From the NCBI RefSeq assembly GCF_003704095.1, contig NW_020844262.1, positions 186,028-250,000 on the forward strand: a stretch of DNA of 63,973 bases. Direction: 5' to 3'. Shown here in pieces: positions 1 through 11,867 of this stretch; position 1 is the stretch's first letter, and each line of letters starts with the position of its first letter. The position numbers and the translations under genes were made by a program. Source of the DNA: Pocillopora damicornis (taxonomy: Eukaryota). Below the pieces are notes generated by a model that was not told the DNA's origin, ran no database searches, and saw only the letters and a list, made by a program, of their open reading frames with translations.

Positions 1-2461
1 AACAAGGGATCTTATTGAGCCTCAATGCATCTCACTCTAATTATTATCTTATATTAGATCTAGAAGAGAACTTTCGAGCAAGCTGAAAACAAAACACGCA
101 CTTGTCGACGTTAAGCTCTGTAAACATTTCGGCTCGCTCCGCCAAGATGACCGCAAAATGCGAATACAGTAACTGTATCCTTCTTTTAGTTTTAAATACT
201 ATTTCTTTGAGCGTTTTCTTTAGAAAGACAATCCAGTTGATTTTGTTTCGATGTTTTTCATAACGAAACTTAAATTTATGTTCCATCATAAATACAACTC
301 AGTGTTTTGAAAAGTTCGACAGGTCTAAATTTAATTGTTCCTTATTCATTTCGCCGGCAGGTCTTTGACATTAGCCGCATGCGATGCTTTTTTTTTTTTT
401 TTTTTTTTTAAGATTTTGGGTGCGGTAGTTTTATGACATCAATTCATGTCAAGAATTTAAGAACAACTTAGAAATTGCGCTACTTTTTTACATATGAATA
501 TTCCTTGTGCTCTGTTATAACGCGTTCTTAAGTTATAATTGGTGTTCTATAGAGGCTGCATATTCGAGACTGTATAATATTATGTTGGCGTCTTGACTGC
601 ATTTAATATGCTTCACTCTCTACATCTGTGTTGATTTTTCGTTGAAATTCTGCCTGAATCTTAGTTCACTTTGACTTCCATAAGTTTTTTTCGATTTGAA
701 ATCGGTCTTTTTACAAAAATTCTCACACGAATGATATGATCAGAAGACAAAAGTCGTGAATCATTCAGTAAAGGCGTTTTTTTTTTCTTTTGCGTTGCAA
801 ACTTATTATTCTAGGTAGATAATCGCATACTTTTATAAACTAGGTATCAAAATAGGTATCACGCTTTCAAAACTGTATTCAACTATATAAGCATTGCTTT
901 TTAAGGCATGGTAACGCATATTCCAGTCTGAAGTGAAGATCTTAGCGGGAGAAAATGTATTTTAGCCCGCTCGCACACTTGAGCGATTGTTCAGACTTCT
1001 TCGTTTTCAATTTTTTCTTCAGTTCTTATTTTCCCGATGCCCTCCTAAGTAATTCTGACAATATTCCATATTATGTCCTTGGGCATAAATATGTTAGGCG
1101 TCGTCTTAGGGTAAAAATTAGTCTGAATCGGGCTTAAACATATTTAGGCGCGCGAACATGGACTCTATTGTTTTATTGCTCGAATAATGAAAGTGCTGAT
1201 TGTTTTCAAGTCATCCCGAAACATACTACTACATTAGATGAGGTTTGCATTTGGTTTACTGTGTTACTCCGAATCCCAGCAGTATTTCACTATAGAGCTC
1301 TGCACTACAAATGCAAATTATCTCCGAGAATGCAAAATTCGTGAAATAAGTGTTTGGTGCATCTTACGCACAACCTTAAAAGATCGCTAAAATTTCTCGT
1401 CTTTGAACATTTCAATGACACCTTTTTTCTCTGGTCTGTTTACGACGATCTGAATTACTCAGTGTTTCTTCGGCCTTGAAAAATTTTGTTGTTAGCCGTC
1501 GCTTCGACTGAAAGCACCAAACGAAGTTTGAGGATGTTTTAATTAGAAAACATATGGCTTTGAAATTAAACTTTGAGTAAAACTTTCGACAACAATCATA
1601 TCATCCCAAACAAAGAACATGTCGACCAGATGGTTATTCATTCCCGGACGTTCTTATCGCGTGATCTTAAGCTGTCTAAAGGACACCTTTAGATACGACT
1701 CAAGTAGGCTATTTCCTAGCGATCTTCAGACATTTGAAATTTGCCTTTGAATACCAAAATGAATTACTATAGAATCAATCATGCAATCATGCGCGCTTAA
1801 AGGGTAAGGTGGTTTAATACAGTTTTAGCTGTCCTTGCGAGTCAAATAATAGCCATTTTCAATAGTTTTTCTTTTATAATAAAACCAACATTTTAAGAAA
1901 ATTGATCCAATATTATAAGTATAGATCCCAACTGACAGATCGCTTATTTTGCTTCGCCAAAAAAGTTGAACCGCCTTTGTTTTTTATTTGTTCTATATTC
2001 TTTGCTAGTACAAAAAAAGAAAAGTGAGATAGTTTGCCCCTTGCCAAGACAAGTACATGAATAACACAAATTATCTATATCTAAAGAGAAGGAGTCTCTG
2101 ACTCTTAAATGATAACACAAGTACAGAATAAGAAAAGCAGACATTTAAACACTTAACGAGTGTATTTATGTACCTACTTTTTTAATAATCATGGAGATTT
2201 GAATATAGTTATCCTCTTTTCCTAAGATATCAATTAGCAATTTGCGGAGAACTCTTTTGAAAGCTTTCTTTGGAAGATCCGTCATATACCGACAGAGAGG
2301 AAATTTTAATGAATAAGTTGTTTTATGCAGCTATAACGTGAATTCCACTTTGATAAGAAAAAAGAGCTGAATAAACTAATTAGTATTTATAGTTATATTA
2401 TCTTTCATGCGTTATAACATTAGCAAAAATAATACATTAATACAACTTTGTACAGGGTAAT

Positions 2462-2513
2462 ATTAACACCTCAATTGATAATACTAAATTACCCTGTTAT
2501 ACTCTCCCAACGA

Positions 2514-2544
<31 letters not shown>

Positions 2545-2549
2545 TCCTT
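2462..2549 (+). mobile_element. 5'-truncated copy of the ~150-bp hammerhead-bearing dispersed element (HHR segment missing)
   Basis: tcaattgataatactaaattaccctgttatactctcccaacgacgcagcaccacagtttctttagaaacttacctcct closely matches copies at 14983-15050(-), 53221-53373(-), 55165-55250(+) and 60662-60814(+). Confidence 0.85.
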
Positions 2550-2797
2550 AAGCTCCTGCCTCCTCAGAACAACTGTGAACTCAACTTGAGACGAAAGAGG
2601 AAATTTAATGTTCCTCTGGCTAAGACGAAGAGACTCATGAATACATTTATATATAGTAATTGTAGTTAATCTGTGTACATTTTTTTTATACTTTTCTCAT
2701 ACTTTTATTAGATTTTACTATTGTAACGATTAATCTAATTCAGCTTTTGGCTGCGATTTTAACCAGAATAAACTATCTACAATCTACAATCTACAAT
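2548..2797 (+). mobile_element. 3' end of a non-LTR retrotransposon (CR1/L2-like LINE)
   Basis: Encodes KLLPPQNNCELNLRRKRKFNVPLAKTKRLMNTFIYSN, resembling the C-terminus of L2/CR1-type ORF2 (LP..Y/LNLR..P..RT.R..NSFI). It is followed by a T-rich UTR, AATAAA and a (ATCTACA)3 tandem tail. Confidence 0.7.
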
Positions 2798-3744
2798 CCT
2801 TTATTTATTCAAATTTGTGCTGATTAGGAGATGGTTTTCTCGAGTCTGTTTAATTTACTCATGTCACTCTCAAGGGCGAACTCTTATCTAAAAAGACCCT
2901 CTCAGTCTACTATGGGATTCAAATGCTTGCGGTGTATGGTGTGTAAAATATGATCGGAAATATGATGATTATGGCATGATCATCATATTTCCGATGAAAC
3001 TTTTTGCATTTCTGGGTTTTTTTCAAGAACACTGCCATCTTGAGAACGCATCCCAGAGGAAAATACATGTTTCTATATTTTTAACCGTAAAAGCTTCCAC
3101 AAATGTGTCATCTTATCTTACTATAAATTGCGCAAAATTTGAAAGCTATTTCCGTATTTGGAAGGACATCGTGATGACCCTAAAAACTTCTCATGAAACG
3201 AATAACTCCAGGGACAGATTCAAACGATGAGTAGAAGGCAAAATATGTGTTGAATCCCCTAGGTTTCAAATCAATAGACATATGGAATCCTAGTGATGAT
3301 TGGTTTTGAGAAAAACTAGAGTCTTTCCAACTTTATGTCACTCCAACTTCTTTTTATCATGCCTTTGGCCCTCTGATAATTACACTAATTATAAGTGGCA
3401 GTTGGCTAATTATTAAATACCGGTCTTATAACAGCAACGCTACAAAATAGCCGCTAGGGGTGTTTGATTTTGATCGGGCTTTTGAAGATTGATCGAGCTA
3501 ACAAGTAACTGAGCTATATTGCACTGCTTCAACATATTGCTTCTCTATTTGTTCAAGAGAAGAAAAAACGTGCTGTCTTGATTACCTATCCCATGGTCTC
3601 GGCGGACTGTTAGAAAGGAGAAAAAAAAAAAAAAGGAAATGACAGGTAAATACACTCCGTTTATAATCGCCACACCCTGATTAAATATCGGTTTCACATA
3701 AGCGTTGGGTTCACCGGGCTTAGTTTGGAATAAAATCCACAACC

Positions 3745-4093
3745 TAAGCTGTTCCAGGCGTTCAGTTAGTAAAAAGAAGCGCGATATTAGATGGCGCAAA
3801 AAACGGAGGAGTGTTAAAATAAGGGAGGCTTGTGTCAAGGCTCCGACCCAAGCCTCCCACGCCTTTTCACTTCGCCGATTCTAACTTTTTCCCTAAGCGG
3901 CAGCCGATTATATGCGGCTGTGCCGCAAGGTGAAACCAAAACACGAAAGCCTGCTCGCAAGGTAAACATAAGGCGGTGAGAGATCTCTAGGTGGCGAGAG
4001 ACCGCCGGTAAGCGGCGTTTATTGTAACTACCGCTACTTCCGCGTCGGTAACTTTTTCGCTCCTTTTTCCAACTGAACCCTTGGAACAGGCTA
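3745..4093. mobile_element. ~350-bp MITE with ~23-bp terminal inverted repeats
   Basis: Left end taagctgttccaggcgttcagtt; reverse complement of right end tagcctgttccaagggttcagtt. TA at both ends, symmetric subterminal A/T tracts, GC-rich interior with no credible ORF. Confidence 0.75.
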
Positions 4094-4363
4094 ACCACGA
4101 CCATTTGATCGAGATAGCACGGCAAATTCAAAGCACTGAAACACAAAATTTCTGTATCCTGCAAGAAGGGAGTCACGTTTTCGTTGGTCAGATGGTTGAA
4201 CCGTCACGTGTCACGTGCTTCCCGTCTCGCGTGAGTTTCCCTCATTTAACCCCCTCCCATTTCCCCTCCCCCCTTTATAGAAAAAAAAAATTAAAAGGAA
4301 TTTCCATTGCCCGAAGCTCTTGTCGGGTGTCTGTGGTATTCGATCAGCTGAAGTAAGCCACGA

Positions 4364-7300
4364 TCAGTAATTCATTGGTCTTATTTTCATCTCGGTTCTC
4401 TTCAAGGAGTAATTATGTCCCCTCCAGTGGAGCCAGTTCACACCACGACCATGGGGGGAGTCACTGCCACGGTGATAAAAGCCATTGAGGTTCGAATGGT
4501 GACATCCGCTGTACCACCAGGCTCCTTCGTACAAAATGGCACAGTTACAGCTGCACTGATCATTATCTTGATCTCTGGTGGAGAAGGGCTGATTTCTATG
4601 CCAGTTAAGAGAGTCGCCAGCATTTCCTGAGACATAAAATAAACAAACAGTTACCTCACCGAAATTACTTATCACCGGAGTAGTCCGCTGCCTAATGTTG
4701 ATTAAGCACTATAACATAAATGTGTAAAGTACGGACGGATCCTAAACTTTATTAAATTATAAATTCCCACAGAGATTATAGGCTCAAAACACAAACGGGT
4801 TACAATTTGGAAATGCATTTACGTTGGGAATAAGATTTTCCTGATTTTCCAAACCTGCAATTGAACTGACAGATCACGCTCTAAGCCAGGAAATTTGTTA
4901 CACTGTATACTTGAAAAGAGCGAGCAAAGAAATCAACCAAATTTCCCCTAAATACCGGCATAAAACCAAAATTTATATTTTTCGCTTCAAGGAACTGGCA
5001 CCAATTAAGTAGCGGAAAACTTCATTCAGAATTTTTTGTCATAAATAGGATTTTGTTACGTTTAGTGTGTACGATTTGAGTTTTTATTTGAAAGTTCTTG
5101 CAGATCTATATATATTTTAAGTGCATCCTGTAAACTTAAATTAGTGAAAATGACCAAATTTTTCCTTACGCTTAGTGTGCTAAGTTTTATATTTCGTTTT
5201 CAAATTCGTTCTCTTCTCCCTTTTTGGAAGGGAGGGGCGGGGGGGCTGGATTGTTTGCATGCAAATATAGGAAAGCAATAACAGAGAAGTGCAGAGAATT
5301 AGTGCAAGATTAAGAATTCGGAGGAATGATGTATACTTCTCTTGGAAATTATTTACTCTAACACCCCGCCGGGTTTTGATCGTTAGCTTTTTAGATTGTC
5401 TCCACTAATCGACAACCGTGCAAAAGCTAAAAGGAAACAAGAGAACTGTTCAGTTGTGAAATATATTAAATCACCTGAGTAAGTACCATAGCTCAGCTTG
5501 TACTTGTCATCCTCGCTCATGACAGCAAACATGTCATATAGAGCATATGTAATATTCCCTTCAAAGTCTTCCAAGTCTACTCTTAGCATGTTGTTGCTAT
5601 CTGAGGTCAAGCGGTGAATATTTTCCAGTCCCAGCCAAAATTCACCACTCAAATTGCCAAAGCTATGTATGTAGTCGTTCCAGTAGCGGTAGAAATCAAC
5701 TGAGCCGTCCAGTCTCTTCTGAAACACTGTCCATCCTCCACCAGCTGTTGTTTGGTCACAAAACACCTCAAAAGCAGGCGAATTGTCAGGACTGATCTTG
5801 TACACACCGTCTCTTGTTTCCCCTGATCTCCAGATTTCAGCGCAGTTTCTGTAAACTAGCGAGCGGTAAAACACGATGTTCGGCATTTATATGGATTCGG
5901 TTATCATGACAACATTTAGAACTAAATTAGTCAATATCCCCTTTTACAGCGCATGGCGCTAATTTATAAGAGGTTTGCTTCGGTGAGATATATACCATAA
6001 GAAAATTATTTACCTCAGTGTCGGTGAAAGTGGTGGAATTTCTGTCACTTTTTACCTGCACTTCGGTGAAAAATTATTAAACATTGCATCGGAATATTTA
6101 GCACTCGCTCGCCAGGAAATCATGACGCCTGCTATGCATGGTGCTAGGTGTATAAAGATTTATGAATTAACAAACGCATCTTTTGACAAACTTCTTTCAC
6201 CTTTACTGCAGTATTCACCAGTGAATCCACGCTGACAGAGACATCGAAAACCTTTACTGGTAAATCCAGCTTGACAGGTGCCATTGTTTAAACATGGACT
6301 GCTGCTGCAGGGATTCTGGTTGAAAAAAATAAGTCAGTTCCCAGCAAACGAAATCTAGGCTCCAAACTCGTATATAGGCATCAACGTTTGTAATATTTTA
6401 CCTCGATAGCGAAGAAGGTGTATGCTGATCTATTTTCAAGAGAGAACATAAACTGGTTTCCAACAGTGGCGTTGTTTAGCTCGCATCTGTGTTTCCCTCC
6501 CTCTGACGGCCCAACATTGATGGATACACAGTTTGGCTCTATATAACACATCACTCGGCAGCTCCTTGCATTAGTGACCTCTTCACTCTTGATCACATGA
6601 CCTTCCATTGCCTTGCCTATTATTGGCTTTTTGAAAACAATGTTGCGACAATCGTTACCTGTAACGAAAATATAAAAGACTTTTCACTAATAGTACATGC
6701 AATAGATCTTAAGCAATCAGTTGATCTTCAATTAAAAATACTTTCCAAGTAAAACCTTTCCCCCTCCAGCCCGATCGACATCTGAAACGCAAATATCCAA
6801 TTCCTTCTTTTTCTTTCCAGGTTTAACTTTCTGCAATTACCACATTTAGTGCTTCACTGTTGAGAATCATTTTATTCTCATACAAAAGAGTCATCCATTT
6901 ACTTTATTTATTGTAGTTATTGTTTTTATCATATCGAAATTTATTCCACACTCTCAGGCTACTCTACGAGTTATTTTGTTTTCATTTCAGCCACTAAATT
7001 CAATAAACATCTTCTCTTGTTTCCCCATCTTGTAATTAATTTTTGCATTGTGAAATTCCGTAAAATGAAAATCTCAAACCAAAATACTGTAGAGGGTTTT
7101 AAATAAACATAACTGGATTTTTCTTTCACCATTTTTTTAATGTTTTTCATTTGCAATACACACAAAATACAATTCTAACATTATCAACAGCCTGGTGTTA
7201 CTTACAAATTGACATACTTAAAATAAATTCAATTCATATTCTATGTACGATTGCGTCAGCGGTAGTGTTATTACAAAATGTGGTGCATCGGAGGCTTACG

Positions 7301-7607
7301 AAAGAAGCATGTTCGAGGTGATAACTTATGTTAAAGAAGCCGAAAACTGATTAAGTTTTTTTCTTTGTCTTTCTTTACCTTGTTTTCTGAGCAGAGAATC
7401 ACTCTAAAATATTTACCCGCTTTAGGGACAACATAGTTTTGGTTTAAATCTTAAAGGCTACATGGTGCATCTAAAATTAATCGATAGAGTTCGAATCGGA
7501 CGCTCTTCACTTAAGGAAAACTTTGCAATGTCATACTCACCGCTGCAAGAATACAGAATGAAAATATTCCAAACCAAAATGTGGAGAAACTTATTCAAGG
7601 CCATCAT
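4364..7607 (-). CDS. Secreted PAN/apple-like + EGF + fibrinogen C-terminal domain (FReD) protein, ficolin/MFAP4-like, ~360 aa
   Basis: 5 exons: 7541-7607 (signal peptide [22 protein letters not shown]), 6402-6658 ([15 protein letters not shown]...CELNN), 6201-6315 ([17 protein letters not shown]...[10 protein letters not shown]), 5475-5855 ([33 protein letters not shown]), 4364-4626 ([30 protein letters not shown]). All introns GT-AG and phase-consistent. Confidence 0.93.
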
Positions 7608-7824
7608 TTCGATATCGAATTGAAAATTTATACAATAATGTAATTAGAAGAAACACACAGTGTGTCTCTCAATAGCAGCAGCTGCTAACATCAACATTCT
7701 CGTTCTCCCTTGGGCGTCTGTTGATCTCTCAGCGAATAGGAAGCATGCAGGAATTTTCTACACCACAAAACAGAATTTTATTCTTGGAGTTTCTGTAAAG
7801 AGAGACATTTGGTTATCGACATAC

Positions 7825-8170
7825 CAAATACCCTTTCATTTCATGTACTGCAGATTGTAAGTTTGTCACATTTAACTTAACAAATTTTGTCTTCCCTCTC
7901 AGAGGGAAGACAAAGCCATTCCAAGGCTTGGTAAGTCAACCCCTACATTAACATACGTTATTGTAATCACACGGCGAGACGTAATTAGTCATGCGGTATA
8001 CAAATACCCTTTCATTTGATGTACTGCAGATTGTAAGTTTGTCATATTTAACTTAACAAATATTGTCTTCCCTCTTGGAATGGCTTTATTTTTGTTAGGT
8101 ACTTACGTCAAACCCTACATTAACTTACGTTATTGCAGTCACACAGCGAGACGTAATTAGTTATGCGGTA
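7825..8170. repeat. Tandem duplication of a ~175-bp unit with an internal inversion
   Basis: Copies 7825-8000 and 8001-8170 share caaataccctttcattt..gtactgcagattgtaagtttgtca and gcgagacgtaattagt.atgcggta. Confidence 0.9.
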
Positions 8171-10441
8171 AACGATCGACCATCTGAAACTGAAGCCATT
8201 ACGTAAAATCAAACCTCTTGAAAATACTGCTCACTGGAGTTTAAGAGAATTCCAATTCACCTTTCTATCTCCTTTTCGAATTTTTATTCTTTTGTTGTGT
8301 TTTTTCTTATTGATTTTCTGTTTACCGACCGATTAATCGTGTCAATCAACGTTATTTACCTAACATATCTCATTCTATGATTAGGCAAACAGTATTGTAG
8401 CTACGGACATTATCAGTGGTGTACCTGAGGCTAACGAAGAAAAAATCTTTGTATTGAACATTAAGGCCGAAAATTGATTAATTTTTTTAATATTTCTCTT
8501 GGTTTTGCTGTGGAGAATAATTGGCAAATATAAATAGACTTCATGATACCTCTAAACTTAGTCGTGAGTTTTTATGTGTAAATGTTCCCCATATGAAGAA
8601 AACTTCCTTAAATATGATACTCACTAGTGCAAGAACAGGGTTTGAAATTAATCCCCACCAAAACAAAAAGGATGTTAGTCATGGCCGGTAACAACGACGC
8701 ATTTTGTGAGAACCTAAGCATTTTGTCATTACGGTGCCGGCATTTTGGAAAAGCTATTTCAGCACTTTATGACAACAGCGAGCTACGCATTTTGTAAAAT
8801 ATCGTCGGTCTACGCAATTTGTAACAACATCATGTAGCAAATTTTGACATATTGACCAACAATACCCAACACAACTAAGAAAAAAAACACTAGTCAGTAA
8901 AAAGTAATTCACTCTAGAATTTTGTTACAAAAAAATTTACAACCGGGGTATGAATAGTTTTCTCAGGAGAAAGATCTACAGAAATGTCTACATAAATGCT
9001 TTAGATATGATAAGTAGGACTTCGGATATATATTTAACCGTGATTTTGCTGATCGATTTTGAAAGATTAATAGCAGACCTACATTCTTATAAGACTGTCA
9101 TGCTGACAAGATTTAATTTCAAAACGTCGGGAGGGAAAGTAAAAACTGAATAACTGAAGCCAAGAGAATATAAACAGAGAATACAAAAAAGAGCCGTACA
9201 TCAGCGGTCTTGCGAGAGAAATTTCTCATCAAAACGTGGTTAGATACTCACCAATTAGAGCAATTGTTAATCACAGCCGAAAATCACGCTAACCCAAGTA
9301 CATTAAACCTTAAACCAGTAAACTTTACTGCTTGGCCTCATAATGCATGATGCAGTCCTAGCTTTGCAATCTAACCTTTTTCAAACAAATAACTGTTAAG
9401 TTCTATTTTCAAAGTTTTTCAGCGAACGAAAGATTCAAATACCTTATTTTTAAAACCATTGAGTTTGGGAGTTTTGTTTAATCAACCCTTTAATTCCTAG
9501 GTGTGACTGGCATCTAATCTCTCCTTGCACTGTCACCACTGAATGAAACAGCGAGGTCACAAGAATAGACCAAATGATCACCAACTCAAGAAGATCTTGA
9601 TTGTTAGACAAATTCTCCTTGTCAGCACCCTAGTTAATGTATACAAAATAATATGGAGAATATGCATACTGGTTTAATATCCCAGAGAGATATTCACAGA
9701 TCATATCGATTCATTCCGAAGCTGTTTAGAAATGTAAAATGGCTCGCTTTCACCGAAGCGTTTTTATTGGAAACTAATTGGTAGCAACATTGCTTGTAAT
9801 CTCTTGTGAGGAGGCGGCAACTTTGAAGTTTCGCTGAAGACCATTCAAGCAAACGAAGTCTTAAATTTGAATTATAATACACGCAATATTACAGCAATAA
9901 AATTTCAAGGAAATTCACTTTTGCTTCCAATCATGCCTCAATATTCTTTTAAGTATGGGCTAGGTTTAAAATCAGAAAAGTTGTGCAAGATTTATTCAGA
10001 AAGTTGCCATAACCGAAAAACCTCATTGTACCACAGGTGTTTTTTTATAATCAAAAACGAAGTTTTCTTTCTGCTTTTGTCTTCGAGGAAAACGCAATTT
10101 TAGTCAGCACTTTCCAGTACTTAGTTTCATATCCTGTGCGACAATCTTCATTGAAACTGCTCATTAAAATTCTCGCAGCGCTTTCACGTTATTACATTTT
10201 CGTTTGCTCTACGCTCTGTTTAAACATTACTAGCTTTAAAATAAGACATTTCTGTCACTTTGTAAATGATATTTGTATTTTAGAGATTTTAATGAGAGCC
10301 GCAATATATTTGATATGTCAGTCCTTTTCGATGTCTGCTGTTACAAGTTAATTGGAGCTCCAGTTTAAAGTCCTGATGAAACGGGTTTTTCAAACTTGAT
10401 CGAAAAGCGTCCATGTAATCGAAAATTTTAAGAATCAAAGT

Positions 10442-10579
10442 ATGAACGTTCCCGCCATCATTGCATTAACAGGAATTGTAACAGCCCTTCTTGTGGCTTC
10501 GTGTTGTTACGTTTGCAAGAAGCGCCACGTAGAACCGATTGAGATGGAACAACAAACTAACGAAGCAGATGCCGAGTAA
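10442..10579 (+). CDS. Candidate 45-aa single-pass membrane microprotein, or an exon of a larger/decayed membrane-protein gene
   Basis: MNVPAIIALTGIVTALLVASCCYVCKKRHVEPIEMEQQTNEADAE*: hydrophobic helix, juxtamembrane CCxxC, KKR stop-transfer, acidic tail. Shorter than any ORF in the supplied track. Confidence 0.45.
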   Translation: MNVPAIIALTGIVTALLVASCCYVCKKRHVEPIEMEQQTNEADAE

Positions 10580-11867
10580 ATGGAGGATTTTATAAAAAGT
10601 TTAGCCCCATAGAAGCTTCTTAGATAATTCCACGTGCTTCTAGTGCTGACAGTGAAGAGGAAACAAATGTTTTTGTTATCAAGGTATTAAATTAATTACG
10701 ATTCTGAAGTTGCTTCTCGATATACAACCCGACAAAGACCGTTTGTTTGGTACAACAGCTGACTTCCTTTTCAGTTACCATATTGCATCAATGGTCCAAG
10801 TCTCTTCCGGCAGATACAGACGAGAAGGGTAAAAGCCCGAATTGGTAATAGTTGTTTCAGTTTATAAAGCTGTCATTCATTGAAGGTGGCCGCTCCTAGT
10901 ATCCCTGATCTAACTGACGATTCATTCCGTCTGTCAATGAAAGCGATTTTACTTCGAACGAACTAGCAACTTTATTCCGTTGACATTTAATTCAGCTGTT
11001 TTTAACAACGAAAATTCACGGAACTGTTGGCATAATATTCCGTTTTTAACTCACCTCGCAATTTTTTTGTACACAGTCCAAACTGGCATCGTCAGTGTTA
11101 CGGAGGCGCTTTGTAAAAAGATTCATTGCAAGTTCAAGCCATAAGCCGTGGAGGATATCATGATACAGACTCTCCCAAAAAAAATTAAATTTTCATCCGA
11201 TTTATCTGGAACCAACCAACAGTCTTTACCGGGTGATCTGTCTGGTCTGTCAAGACTTCATCCTAGGAAAACATTACACTTCATGCAGCTTAAGTTTCAA
11301 ATATAATTTATTTTGTTGAATCTGAAAGGTTCCGGAGTAGAATAGCCTTTCGATAATGTCCAAAGTAGTTGCGACGGCCTATTAAAATACAGACAAAGCC
11401 ATTAAGAACTCTTCAAATAAGTAAACATGCACCAGTGCGCGCGAAAACGCGTGCAACCAAGTTAGGATAGACTTAGTACTGCATTTGATTATCTGAAGTG
11501 ATTTGAGTTACTTGGACCAATCAAAGAGAGTATTATAGCAAATATAATTCAGTGGCAAATTGCTTTCCACACTGAACTAAGTTGGATTCCTGTTGGATTC
11601 TGAAGTTTTTTATTGAAAAGCTAAAACTGCAAAGTAAAATTCACTATCATTTGAAAGTTTTCGTCCATGTTGCACTTGAACATAAACACACTGCATGCGT
11701 TCAGTCCGCATGATGACCTTTCCAATGGCTCACCATTCCTTTTTCACGGCTTTCATTTAGAAAGAACGCTATCAACTTATTCACTTAAATGAATCTGTTT
11801 CGCAGATTCTGTTTTATGACCTTCCTTCCAACCACTGAGAAAAATTTCATTCACCAGCGACCACCCA

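Noticed and set aside
44-289. 81-aa minus-strand ORF and possible short first exons near 102-170
   Set aside because: No recognisable motif; ATG and donor candidates exist on both strands and cannot be resolved at the window edge.
7379-7403. Candidate micro-exon in FReD gene intron 1 (cag AAAACAAG gtaaag)
   Set aside because: The possible lengths (8, 23, 25 nt) break the frame or introduce a stop; exon 1 joins exon 2 in phase without it.
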